A stretch of DNA of 56,616 bases, from NCBI GenBank assembly GCA_002256025.1, contig NKIB01013488.1, positions 1 through 56,616 of the forward strand. The letters are read 5' to 3'. Positions 45,925 through 56,616 of the stretch are shown one piece after another. A program made the position numbers and the translations under genes. The notes below the pieces were generated by a model. That model searched no databases, was not told the origin of the DNA, and saw only the letters and a list, made by a program, of their open reading frames with translations. Position 1 is the first letter of the stretch. Each line of letters opens with the position of its first letter. Source of the stretch: Asterionella formosa (Eukaryota).

Positions 45925-48084
45925 TCAGCCATCATAATTTAACTATAATGCTTTGGTATTTTTTCTATGTGTCCTACAGTATCTCAAATCAGATCTCAGC
46001 AGCAAGTTTTACTGCTCAATTGTTGGCTTTTTGTATCTGTAAGTTATCTACTCACAATGATCTTTATTTCTTCATTATCTTAAATCAACAATGACAATGC
46101 GAACCAGAAGCCACTTCTGGTACCCTAAATGAGCTATCAGCTAGAGGTGAGAAACAACAGCCAAGTGGACAACAGGAATCATGAAATTGCGCCTGTTGTC
46201 TTGGTTGGTTCATTAGGATATGTTCTGTTGATTGTTTTTGGTTACTTCCATGCGAATTACGGTAATGCCAATAATCAAACTATATTGTTTTCCACATAGA
46301 ACATCTCGACAATGTATATCTTACTCACAATCCAAATATTCAAGGAGCCAGCATCACATTTGATCCTTCCAGCTATAGCTGCAATGTTCCTATTGTCTCA
46401 AAAATATTCACAAGCAGTGGTACGTTCTGTTGATTGTTGTGTATCTTGCTTCCGTTCATTCTTCTCTGAAACTCAATACCTTTTGTAATTTACTCCTGTT
46501 CCCATTGTCAAACAAGAATCGCCAGTCGGATTTGTTATTTCCACCAGCCAAAGCAGCAACTGAATGATTTCCAAAAAATGGAATCAGTATGAGCTAAATC
46601 ATCCACGCCAACAACATGACATTCAATGTACTACCATACTCCAATGCCACACCACACCCAACACAATTGACAAGGCAGGTTGATTGTCATCAGCCATACT
46701 TTAATTTCTTCTGAGTGAACCCTCATCACTGCACACAATCACACTTTCCATCATGATGTTGATATTGATCCCATTCCTTGAAAATCCAGCCATTCGGGCG
46801 GGTTATTTTTGTCCTTCTCCTACAATATAGTAACATCACACCGAACCGGCGCTGCCAAAGTTTACAACCACGCCGGTGCTGCTTGCTTCCTCCGCAACCA
46901 CCACAAGTCACAGTTATTCCAGCACCATTGTCTCCCGAACCGCTTTAACTATTGGTTTCGGCTTCTCCAGGCCTGATTGAACATTTCATTTATTTGCTTC
47001 GACGACATGGAAGAATTGTAAGTTGGCGATTGTTGATGGACATGCATTGACAATTTTTCAAACGAATTTTCCACAACCTCAATTTCTTTTTCACTATTTA
47101 TTCTACTCCCTGATTGTTATTGTTGCTTCTTACCTTTTGATTTCCGTTTCATGCTTTGGTTGCTTAAAAACATCATCTCGAATTTTTTGATGCTTGTTAC
47201 AACCATTCTTGTGTGACTATTTTTCATGCATATTTGGGGCCCCATCCATTTTTGATGTGGCTGCTTTCGCATGAAAATTCTACTCCTGACGTTGCTCGAT
47301 GGTCGCTGCTGCTCAAATCTAAAATTGACTGCCGAAAAATCCGTTGTGCCCCGTATTGCCCCTAAATAAAGATTACTTAGAGCTACCAAACATTACTAAA
47401 ACACCCACAGTTCTCATCGAAAAGCAAGACGACAGCTAGGGTAGGGATTGCTGAAGGCAATACCGGTACACGCCCGAGGTGGTCTCATGCCTGCGAGTAC
47501 ACATGTGAACGAGAAGGCATGTAGCCACCGAGAAGGGTATGCTGAGGCAATTCACAAACTGGCTATCGTCGTGCCATTCGCTTACCTACTGCCCACTCAT
47601 CGAGTGTAAATGTCAATTTTATCTCGCTATAGCCCATCATATAAAATACATTTCCAAGATTTCCAATCTTCACATCGAAATTTGCAATGGGTCCGATATT
47701 GGAATTGCTAATATATCATATCGTTATATATACCGGTACCCGTATTATTATCCAAGATCAAGATGCTACCGAGAGGCAGTGCCCCAAATACATATGGTGA
47801 CAGTCATATCAGGTATCAGCGAGTTATCGCTCACCAATTTCGTACCTGGTATACCATACCAAAGGGGTTTGGACAACGGGAATATGATGTACATATTGCT
47901 GTCAGACACTGTAGAATACCATGATTACATACACGAATAGAGTATATACCGGGTACATATATTATAATAGTTCGGTGCCGGCTGATTGTGCGTCCTGCAG
48001 TTACTTATCTTCAGATTGTCATTCCGCCATCGAAAGTTGCTTCTCTTTCAAAAGTAGCAGACATTCCAAAGATTACCAGAAACC

Positions 48085-48430
48085 ATGGTAAGAGCTGACC
48101 TCATTCAGTCAGAGCGTATTGCAAGCTGCGCCGAAGAAAAAGAAACGAGTCATGATTTGACTCATTGTCCTTGTTGTTGTCACTTCACAGGCTCCAAGCC
48201 CAAAATGCAACGAGGCAGCATTGTCATTAGTCGAATGCATGGCGAAGACTGACTGCATGAAAGGGTACCACGAAAATGTGGATCCTGTAAAGTTTTCCGC
48301 TCGGATGTATGAATGTCTACAAAACGAAGTTGAGGCTTACGACTGTCGAGCAGAACGAAATGCATACACCATGTGCAAGCACGGGATGCTCAATAACCGA
48401 AATCGGCTAAGAGGTCAACGAGTTTATTAG
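48085..48430 (+). CDS. COA5: Cytochrome c oxidase assembly factor 5 (Pet191), twin-CX9C protein; exons 48085-48087 (ATG only) and 48191-48430; 80 aa
   Basis: ATG|GTAAGA...TTCACAG|GCT gives MAPSPKCNEAALSLVECMAKTDCMKG...ECLQ...DCRAERNAYTMCKHGMLNNRNRLRGQRVY. This matches the six-Cys spacing and CK...RxRG...Y C-terminus of Pet191/COA5. Confidence 0.85.
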
Positions 48431-49924
48431 AAGAGGTGACAAGAGAGCAAGGAAATCATTTCTCCTTGGTTATATAATTTTGATAGGACGACTACCTATA
48501 ACATTTGAAAGTGTAGCTGCAGCTATCGATGTTGGGATTATGCACCAAATAAAGCCAGGGAAGTAACAGCACAATGAGCAGAAGCACCAGTAGGTGCTAA
48601 CTATGAAACGAGGCAATGATGTAATTGCAAATATTGTGCATTATATTCAGTTGGCTCTAGACCAAAATTTATCAGAAAAAGTCTCTAAGTATGCTGATCA
48701 CTGCGTTTTTCATAGTTGTGAAAACAATTCACTTTCTGGGGCCCCAAACGTCTCACGTTGAAGTATTGAAACATACAAAATCTCCATGATGTCGTCCTTC
48801 ATGTGTCAAGTCTTATTTCCGAATAGCTTCTTATGATGATAAGTAAGCTCTTGTATTCTCCCTGGTAGTCAGCGAGCACTTTTTTGATATCATGTGTTTT
48901 GGACTAGACTGCCTGCACTTACTAAAGGTAATAAATAGCTTACATAAACCTCAGGGAGAATGATTGCTTAAATCTCTTTTTTGATTCTTTTGCATAGGTA
49001 ATATCAACCATTGCACCTTTCCTCCAGGACCTTTTGTGACCAACTTCATTTATAGCGCATTATTACTGGTCTATTTCTAGGCTCACCGTCATTGCACTCC
49101 ATGGCCCAAATAAGTTAGGGAAAGAGGTAGTCACTCCTTCATATCGGAGTACGTAAAAAATTGTGGTAGCTTGGCATGGGCGCCAACTGGTTGGAGTGAT
49201 GGATGTGGTGTGTCAACCGATATAGTTAATGGAGAGTTTCTTCAGAGTCGTAGAATGTTTAATCACGTAAGGTGCCCCTGGCAGATGAGAATACAGCAAC
49301 TGAATGGTCAAGTATTAAAAGTACCTCTGGTGCAGCGATTTTTGTCCTGTTTTGGCAAAAATATTCTTTGATTGCTCCAGCATATTCTCTGCCCTCTCCA
49401 AAAAACTTTTCTTCTTGTTCAGCCATGATTTCAGGAGCTTTTCTAGGTCGGATGCAAAGAGATGATGATTATCCCTAATACATGGAGATTGCCCCTCATT
49501 GGGCATACACTCTGCTGATCTTCTCCTTGTACTAAGAATGAGTTATGTTGTGATTTGTTTCCCTGCCCAGCGTTTCATTTCTGACCCCCAGGCACAGATT
49601 AGCAATGACCATGCTTGGGTAATGGCCCGTTTGACCCACTGCGGCGTGCATGTTTCTGGTGTTGGTGCCGGATTTTCAACTGAGTTTTGTACTGCCTTCC
49701 CCCAGTATTTTTTACTAAGATATCCATGCAAGGTTAGCTTCTTACTACCAGCCTGTCCTGATGCCTTATCGCTTTCCGAAGCCTTGTTTGTCATTGCAGA
49801 TGTGCATGATACAAAACATAATTGGAATGCCTCACCACCAGTTGCAAAAATATAAATTTGTATACCTACTATTCAGCTTCTTTGGTCAAATGAAAATAAG
49901 TAGTCCGCTCATCTCTGTACCTGT

Positions 49925-50340
49925 CTCTTCCAACATCGACTACATAATAACATTTCTATTCTTATCCTCAGCTGTGAAAGAAAAAAGTTAAATGCATCCT
50001 GTGTTGGATCATCACGTTGTGAGCCAACAAAGGGAACGAGTATAACATCATTCAATGTATATGATGCTGCATCGCCAACTTCTATCAAAGGCTGCAACTC
50101 GATCGAAAATGGAAGTTTGTACAGAAGCTACTTGGTCACTGCATTTTTCCAGTGCAACCACACCAAAATAATTATATCATGAGTCAGCATCACAAAAAGT
50201 CTGGATGTTGACTCCACAAGTCATGTAGTGACCAGAAATAATGAACTGGGGTTGTTGCCACTTTCAACTAAAGTTGGGTGGTTGATTGTGGCTTGGAAGC
50301 CGTCAATAGCACCGATAAATTCTCTTATGAACAGCCCTTA
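49925..50340 (-). pseudogene. PIF/Harbinger transposase catalytic-core remnant
   Basis: Minus-strand pieces IGAIDGF, SGHYMTCGVNIQ, GDAASYTLNDVILVPFVG and QDAFNFFLSQLRIRIEM, with frameshifts. Confidence 0.85.
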
Positions 50341-50937
50341 AAATGATGTTAAGAGGAATCTTGCCTTGAAGATGGAAGGCAACCCAACCACCGCAATTTG
50401 TGCTCACTCAGGTGCGATCATGTGCTTTGCTTTCTACCTGGATATTGTTGACCGATATATCCAAATCGTCATTGATGTCAGCAACACTTGAACTTTTTTT
50501 CCGCATTACATATACCGGCGATACTTCGATTCATGTTGACGATGTTGGGCTTGCAGGTGCTTGACCTGGTACCTGGTACCAAGCACAGGTCTGGAGTACG
50601 AGGTACTGGTACCGGTAACAGGTACCAAGTACCAGTTGGTACAAGTATCAGGTTGTCCAAAGATGATGTAACCACAAAAGAAGGCAGAATGTGGTAGATA
50701 ACATACCAGTAAGTGGGGGTACCATGGTTCATATGTAGGAATAACAAATCTAGCTGCATTACTAAGCACCCTGCCAATGCCGGTGTTATCACTTACAAAC
50801 TAATACACCAAGAAGAACAATTTTTGCAACGACTCACCTCACTAAGAACGCATCATTATTACTATTACCTGCTCTACTGGCACGTTTTATATGCTTCATC
50901 GCGAAATCAACTTAGCTCTACCTCTAGCGCTGCGAAA

Positions 50938-52527
50938 ATGCAAGACGACGACATCACGACGGTATCGTCCCTACAAGAAATCTTAGAGGGCCTCGAGAGA
51001 AACACAATATATCGCGTTGATGGCATAAAAGCGTATTTATCAAACGACGACAGTGAAGCGCTTGTTGCTGCCATGGAACGCAACACATCGTGCACCTACC
51101 TATCGCTTCCTCTGTCTTCCAGCGTTACCCAAGACAGCATACAGAAGCTTGCCAGTATGCTGACAGTGAATCGATCATGCACGTCCCTACAAATCGAAGT
51201 GGAAGGTTACTCCAACGTGGAACTATCACCAATACTTCATACCATTTTGGAGCAACCGAACGTCCTCACTAGACTAGTCCTAGATGAATGCAGCATCGAT
51301 GACGATCTAGCAGAATTGATTGGAGATATATTACAAGTCAACACTCGGTTATTGTGCCTATCGCTTCGACAAAATGACATTGGGACAGACGGTATTGTTG
51401 CGATTGCAGCTGGCTTGAATGGCAATAGTACCTTGTTGGAACTGGATTTGACTGAAAACTGTGCTGGTGAGCAAGGAGGCGGCGCCATTGCATCTGCTCT
51501 GCAAGTAAACAGCACCCTCCAAGTGCTCAAACTGGCTGACAATGAAGTGGGATTCGGGTCAAGCATGTCAGCCTTGGGCACTATGGTACGAACAAGATTG
51601 GACTTGGAAGAAGATATAGAATCTGTTGATAGTTTTGAAGAAGATCGGGCAAACAGTATGTTGGCATTCGGAAGCATGTTGAGAAGTAACACTTCACTGA
51701 AGATTTTGGACTTGAGTCAAAATGAAGACTTAATTTCGGGGTATGTTATTGCAATCGCACAGGGCTTGCAACAAAACTACAGTCTTGAAGAAATCAAGTT
51801 AGACTCGAACCCCATCAATTCTGATGGTATTGAAGCATTGGCCAATATGCTACGCATTAATACAGTCTTACTGAAAATGAGTCTAAGTGGAATTATGTTC
51901 GATAGAGATGGAATCGTTGCATTGGCAGAATCGTTGAAACATAATTCTGTCTTGCAAGAGTTGGATTTGTGTATGAATGTTGTAGACGATTCAGGAGTTG
52001 AAAGGCTCGCGGAAATGCTCAGGATCAACAAAGGATTGCGAATACTGAGATTGTCCGACAATGACATTGGTGACTGCGGCGCAGCGGCGATTTGCACATC
52101 TATTGCAGAGTCAAACACAACCTTGACAGAATTGTATTTGGACCAGAACTTTATAACGGACATTGGTGCCAAGGCAATTGGAGCGAGCTTGCCCTCAATG
52201 GTGGGCTTGTTAACTTTTATACTGAGCGGGAACGAGGAAATTACTGGGGTTGGCGCATTGAAAATTGTGAACGGATTGAAAAGTAATACAGAGCTCATCA
52301 ATTTTGACTTTAGCAATATTAAACTTCAGGGCCATCCAATCATCGATGTTATCACTTGGAAGTTTCTCCTTCTCAACAAGGCGGGACGACGAATATTAAA
52401 GTCAGAAAACATCCCGGCTGGACTCTGGTCATTGATTTTGGAAAGATCTAATGACAAGACCGATGCTCTTTATCATTTCCTCCAGGAGCAGCCGAACTTG
52501 TTGCATGGGGGACACCATGAAACATAG
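50938..52527 (+). CDS. Ribonuclease-inhibitor-type leucine-rich repeat protein (NLRC3-like LRRs without NACHT), 529 aa
   Basis: Many 28-aa repeats of the form NxxLxxLxLxxNxIGxxGxxAIAxxL; C-terminal LNKAGRRIL...GLWSLILER...ALYHFLQEQP cap. The likely start is MQDDD at 50938. Confidence 0.9.
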   Translation: MQDDDITTVSSLQEILEGLERNTIYRVDGIKAYLSNDDSEALVAAMERNTSCTYLSLPLSSSVTQDSIQKLASMLTVNRSCTSLQIEVEGYSNVELSPILHTILEQPNVLTRLVLDECSIDDDLAELIGDILQVNTRLLCLSLRQNDIGTDGIVAIAAGLNGNSTLLELDLTENCAGEQGGGAIASALQVNSTLQVLKLADNEVGFGSSMSALGTMVRTRLDLEEDIESVDSFEEDRANSMLAFGSMLRSNTSLKILDLSQNEDLISGYVIAIAQGLQQNYSLEEIKLDSNPINSDGIEALANMLRINTVLLKMSLSGIMFDRDGIVALAESLKHNSVLQELDLCMNVVDDSGVERLAEMLRINKGLRILRLSDNDIGDCGAAAICTSIAESNTTLTELYLDQNFITDIGAKAIGASLPSMVGLLTFILSGNEEITGVGALKIVNGLKSNTELINFDFSNIKLQGHPIIDVITWKFLLLNKAGRRILKSENIPAGLWSLILERSNDKTDALYHFLQEQPNLLHGGHHET

Positions 52528-54735
52528 GTGACAAAGGGGAGTAGCAGGTAAGGTACTCTGTTGGGGCCGATTCACTTAGCCAGACATGGGGCCTTCAGCA
52601 GTGCTTCCAGTATATATTCCTTGTAATAAGGAAATTCATGCCATGATTGGTTTGTTTTACGACACTGGTAGGTAAAAATCGTTTTAATCTTTGGTGCTAA
52701 TACTGATAGACCAAATAATTAGCTGGCAATCAACCTTGCAAGTTTCCCTGATAGCTGCTTGAGGACATGCCAGCTCTTTTCACCATAAAAACAACCAGCT
52801 CCTATATTTAAATCTTTCCACACCAGGTGTCCAGGACATAAGTCAGCTTGACTAATGCCACCATACATGATTATATGGCTATTTGGGTACATGTGCATAC
52901 AAAGGAAACAAAGTGCGTTGTATTTGTAATTTTGACACAACTTTCAATAAATTTTTGTCCTCTCAAACCATGTGTAACTTGTATTGGGAGTCACAATGTT
53001 TCCAATCCAATGTATTTTTGGTGATTTGATATTTGTTTTCACCAATACAAGGTGTGGTCCTCCAAGAAAGGCATTTAACCATTCCCATACAGCAAGATTC
53101 ACCTTGTACTTGTAAGATACAGCTACGAGTATAGTTCAACACTAATCCAATGCATGTGTTACATGAAAATATTTTACAATGTGAACAATGTGCTGGATAA
53201 CTCAACAGTTAAGGTGTACCTACAATTGGAGTCCAAACTTCATCCAATACATGTGCCAAATACTTCAGTGTCCTGGACCCCCAATATACACTACCGTGAC
53301 TGATTTTACTTAAGGGTTCCAGGAATATGTTGAGATTTCCCTTTTAATATACCTAAGTAAATCTAATAACTAGTTCTACAGAAAGGCAGTTTATTCTAAT
53401 ATTTATTAATATGTTCACTATTTCTGTGAAGGGAAAACTGAGAAAGTTATTCACCTTACAAGAAATGAAAACTTCACCATGCTTTCAGCAACTTCAATTT
53501 TTGTTGTCAATATTAATGTTGTTAAAATAATTCTTTTACAATTGAATTTTCTATATTGTTCTTGATATATGTACCAAATAGCAATGTGTTGTTCTCAGTT
53601 TTCATGGAGAGATTTGTTATTTTCGTCATGGTCAAGGCCAAGACAACATGATGCAGTATTCTCCCACTGCTCACTACCACTACTGGTGTACTGTAGTGTT
53701 TTAGTATATATACAAAAGAAACGCGTTTTTCAACTAAATAACACTTTCAGAGGCTGTGACTTTTCAGAATGTTTTGCCGACATTTTGGAAGGACCTGATG
53801 TAAGCAAATGTCCAAGGCATTATGTACTGATCATGATCAGTCCCATGTACATGTGCAGTATATGTACTACATATGGGTACATAGGCACAGATGACTTCAA
53901 GTGCTGTAACCATCTCCGAAATTTAACTGAAGCATGGCACAGACGACTTGATGCAATCTTCTCTCAAAAGTATGCATGCTGCAATCTTCTCCCAAATGCA
54001 TTTCAGAAGAAGAGCTAGACAGGAATGTTACAAATTATGAAAACACTGCGATTCCTCCACAATCAAGGAAAAGTAAAATGACAACAAGAGGAAGAAATGC
54101 CTTCTTGTCAGTTAAAGAGGCATTGGAACCATTGTCTCCAGTTTCATATGCTGAAGCGCCGATTATTGTTGATAATGCTCATTCACACCTTCATTGTTGT
54201 CATCCTGTTTCTTCTCAACAACTTTGTATGACTTATGAATGAGGTTGCTGGGAAATAACAGGAAGGCATTGCTGCCATCAGTGTTCAAGAAAGGTGGCAT
54301 AGTAGTAGGGCGGGCCACAAAGGTCAGCAAGAAGTAGTATACAAAGTAGTAGACTTCACTTCTAGTTTAGCACTTCGTTTTAATTCATTCTTCACTCGGT
54401 TAACAGACATCCAAGAGAAAATGCGTTGCTTAGCTAAAAGTGTCCAAGAAAAATAGCAGCATTAAGGCATTTTTTCACCATTGTTCGCCTTCTTAGTTTC
54501 CAGCTCCCTAATCACATTGTTAAGACAAATCTGAACTCTGACCAGCTCTTCCGGAGTCAACTTCTTTCAAGAGAAGGCTTAGTATCCTTGACAAGTTGCT
54601 TTCCTGGTCACAATGATTGATATTGGTATGGGTGATGGGTGATTGTTGCGTTTGCATTTATATTTTGTTCAAATAATTCGGGCGTGCCAGGAATTCCTAA
54701 TTGATATTTTCCATCAGTGAAATTATCTCTTTATT

Positions 54736-56256
54736 ATGGCGAATGAAAATTTGACAAGTAACCGGCGCTTTCTTCCCTTTACATTGGCAGCTAAGCTCTG
54801 CTGGTCAAAGAATGTGAAAGAGGAGCGTGAGGCACCAAAGCAAGTCCTAACCGGTTCAATGTCTACAATCTACTGTGTTCTACTTAGTACTTTGGCTGTG
54901 CACCTTGAAACGTCCATCGAAAGCAGTGTTTCCCAAACCAGTCGCTTGGTCTTCGATATTCAAACTGACTCCTCCCAAAACGCAAAGAACAGAGCATATC
55001 GGATCCTGCGAGACGATGTTTGGGCAAAGAGTGAGTTCGAGAAAGTTGTGACAGGTCTCATTGGAACTCACAGCCTCCGCAAATATCCGTCGACGCATAC
55101 AGGAAGAAATGGATGCTCCAGGGATGATATTGACTTCCGCGGACGCTGGAAAAGACATACAAGGCAAGTGTATACGTACATAGATGTAGAGCTCCCCTAC
55201 CCTGATGCCAAGGTGGCAGCAGCACTTTGTATTGGTGGAGCATAAAAATATGTCATAAAGGAATCAAACGGAGTGTCAGACAGCTGGCTTTTACAGTATG
55301 TGGTCCCAAATATTTGCACTGAGTACGCATGTGACGTTGCACTGGTGCTGGCACCTCCACTTTTGTGGGCAGTTTTTGAGCCTACACTGCAGGGTTACCT
55401 GCCTCAATCGCTAATGCGTCGGATTAAAGCTGCAAATGAAATCATATGTCCTCTTCAGCAGAACATCGACAACAATAATCCAGTTGAGCGGCGACTGATT
55501 GTTGTTAATGGTTCAGAGGCGCAGGTGTACAATGATGAGGTTGGAGCTGATGTGGAGGCTGCAGTAGACAATAGTGTGGCTGCTGGTGGAACAACAAAAA
55601 CAACAACCACAGGTGAAGGACGAGGTGGACAACAAGCTCAAGCTGCTGGGCATAGTCGAAACGAGATCCTTGGGCTATACTCCCAGCAGAGGGAGACACA
55701 ACATGGGATGATACAGTTACAGGCACAAGTGGGATACAACCAGGTTACAGTTATGAAGGAGATAAAAAAGATGCAAACTAACCATTCAAGAATGTCAAGG
55801 ATGCCATCACAAAGATTAGCAGCAGGTAACCAAACTTCGGCAGCTGCCAGCACCGCAAATGTGGTATGCAATGCAAGTAATAATGAACAAGTTGATGCTA
55901 CAGCTGATCCAGACATGATGGATGTGGATGATGGAGGTAGCAATTATGTCAGTAGCCTTTCCAAGGCACCAAAGATACTATTTGTTCTTTGGCAGGAATT
56001 CGAAGTTGGAATTGGGGGACGAAAGGCAGCTAGACTATTTACAAGGGTTGATAGGGGAAGAGTCAAGGTACATTATTGTCGGAGCCGGGTTGTGTGGGAT
56101 ACTGTGGCTGCCTTAGTTCGAGCTGGATTCACTGCTCATACTGCAATTGACAAAATATATGAGGTCTATGGTCAAGATAAAACAGTAACACAGATTGTCA
56201 ATCAAATGATGCGAGATCATTGCACTGGTGCTAGTCATCCACAGCTTCGCATTTAA
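54736..56256 (+). mobile_element. CryptonS-like tyrosine-recombinase transposon ORF (YR C-terminal half plus GCR1_C-like DNA-binding domain), 5'-truncated, one in-frame stop at 55243-55245
   Basis: LCWSKNVKEER, GTHSLRK (HxxR), RGRWK and YTYID...YPDAKVAAALCIGG carry the YR catalytic H-R-W-Y residues. The downstream same-frame ORF has LWQEFEVGIGGRKAARLF...AIDKIYEVYG, typical of GCR1_C. The first catalytic Arg region is absent. Confidence 0.85.
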
Positions 56257-56616
56257 ATAACTACATTTACTAGCATGCATGATTTTTACATTAGCTACAT
56301 TCATTGCTTGTGTTCATTTCATTTCCGGCATGTTGACAGTTTAGAATGGAAATACCGGTACCAGTAAAGAACTGTTGAAAGGTCTCGTACTCCTTCCCGT
56401 CTGACGGGTTCCTCTTACGTAAAACTTACCTGCTATACCACTAGTATTGTTATCTTCTTTCTGCTGCTAGCCTTCGTGCTAGTTTTCGCTATTGACCTTA
56501 CTCTGTCAATTCTCACTGTTTCTTAATTATAAGATTAAACTAAAACTAAGTTTCAATCCCATTCATCACACTTCGAGAACCTGTTCTTCGTGTTCCCTTT
56601 TCGTTGATGTAAACCT

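Noticed and set aside
45016..47010. Decayed minus-strand coding-like fragments around SINE copy 2
   Set aside because: Probably transposon debris, but no motif could be recognised, so no feature is called.
54736..55245. Phage or bacterial integrase from contamination or horizontal transfer
   Set aside because: The motif set and the in-frame GCR1_C-like domain fit stramenopile Cryptons, and the flanks have no prokaryotic gene organisation.

Overview
Eukaryotic nuclear DNA, very probably from a diatom. This is inferred from short GT-AG introns, stramenopile-type transposons and diatom-style secreted proteins; the species cannot be determined from the window. About 16 intact, CpG-rich protein genes sit as islands in AT-rich, CpG-depleted, transposon-derived DNA. 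Recognisable genes are a 3-domain gelsolin/severin, TSEN54, NOP58, a membrane-anchored cyclophilin-like protein, PIG-X, a fucosyltransferase-like glycosyltransferase, COA5/PET191 and an RNI-type LRR protein. Unnamed genes are four distantly related type I membrane proteins with a shared ectodomain, a secreted Lys/Ser/Gly- and Cys-rich silaffin-like repeat protein and three hypothetical proteins. Mobile DNA includes the 5' end of a Ty1/copia element, a decayed Ty3/gypsy element with both LTRs and a TSD, a piggyBac-like element with TIRs plus a second fragment, three PIF/Harbinger remnants, a CryptonS-like tyrosine-recombinase element, a 2.2-kb long-TIR element with about 90-bp miniature relatives, and two copies of a tRNA-headed SINE-like element, each with its own TSD. 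Clusters of TACC(A/T/G)G-type GGTACC palindromes lie 5' of most genes. All family assignments are motif recognition by eye; no database search was run.
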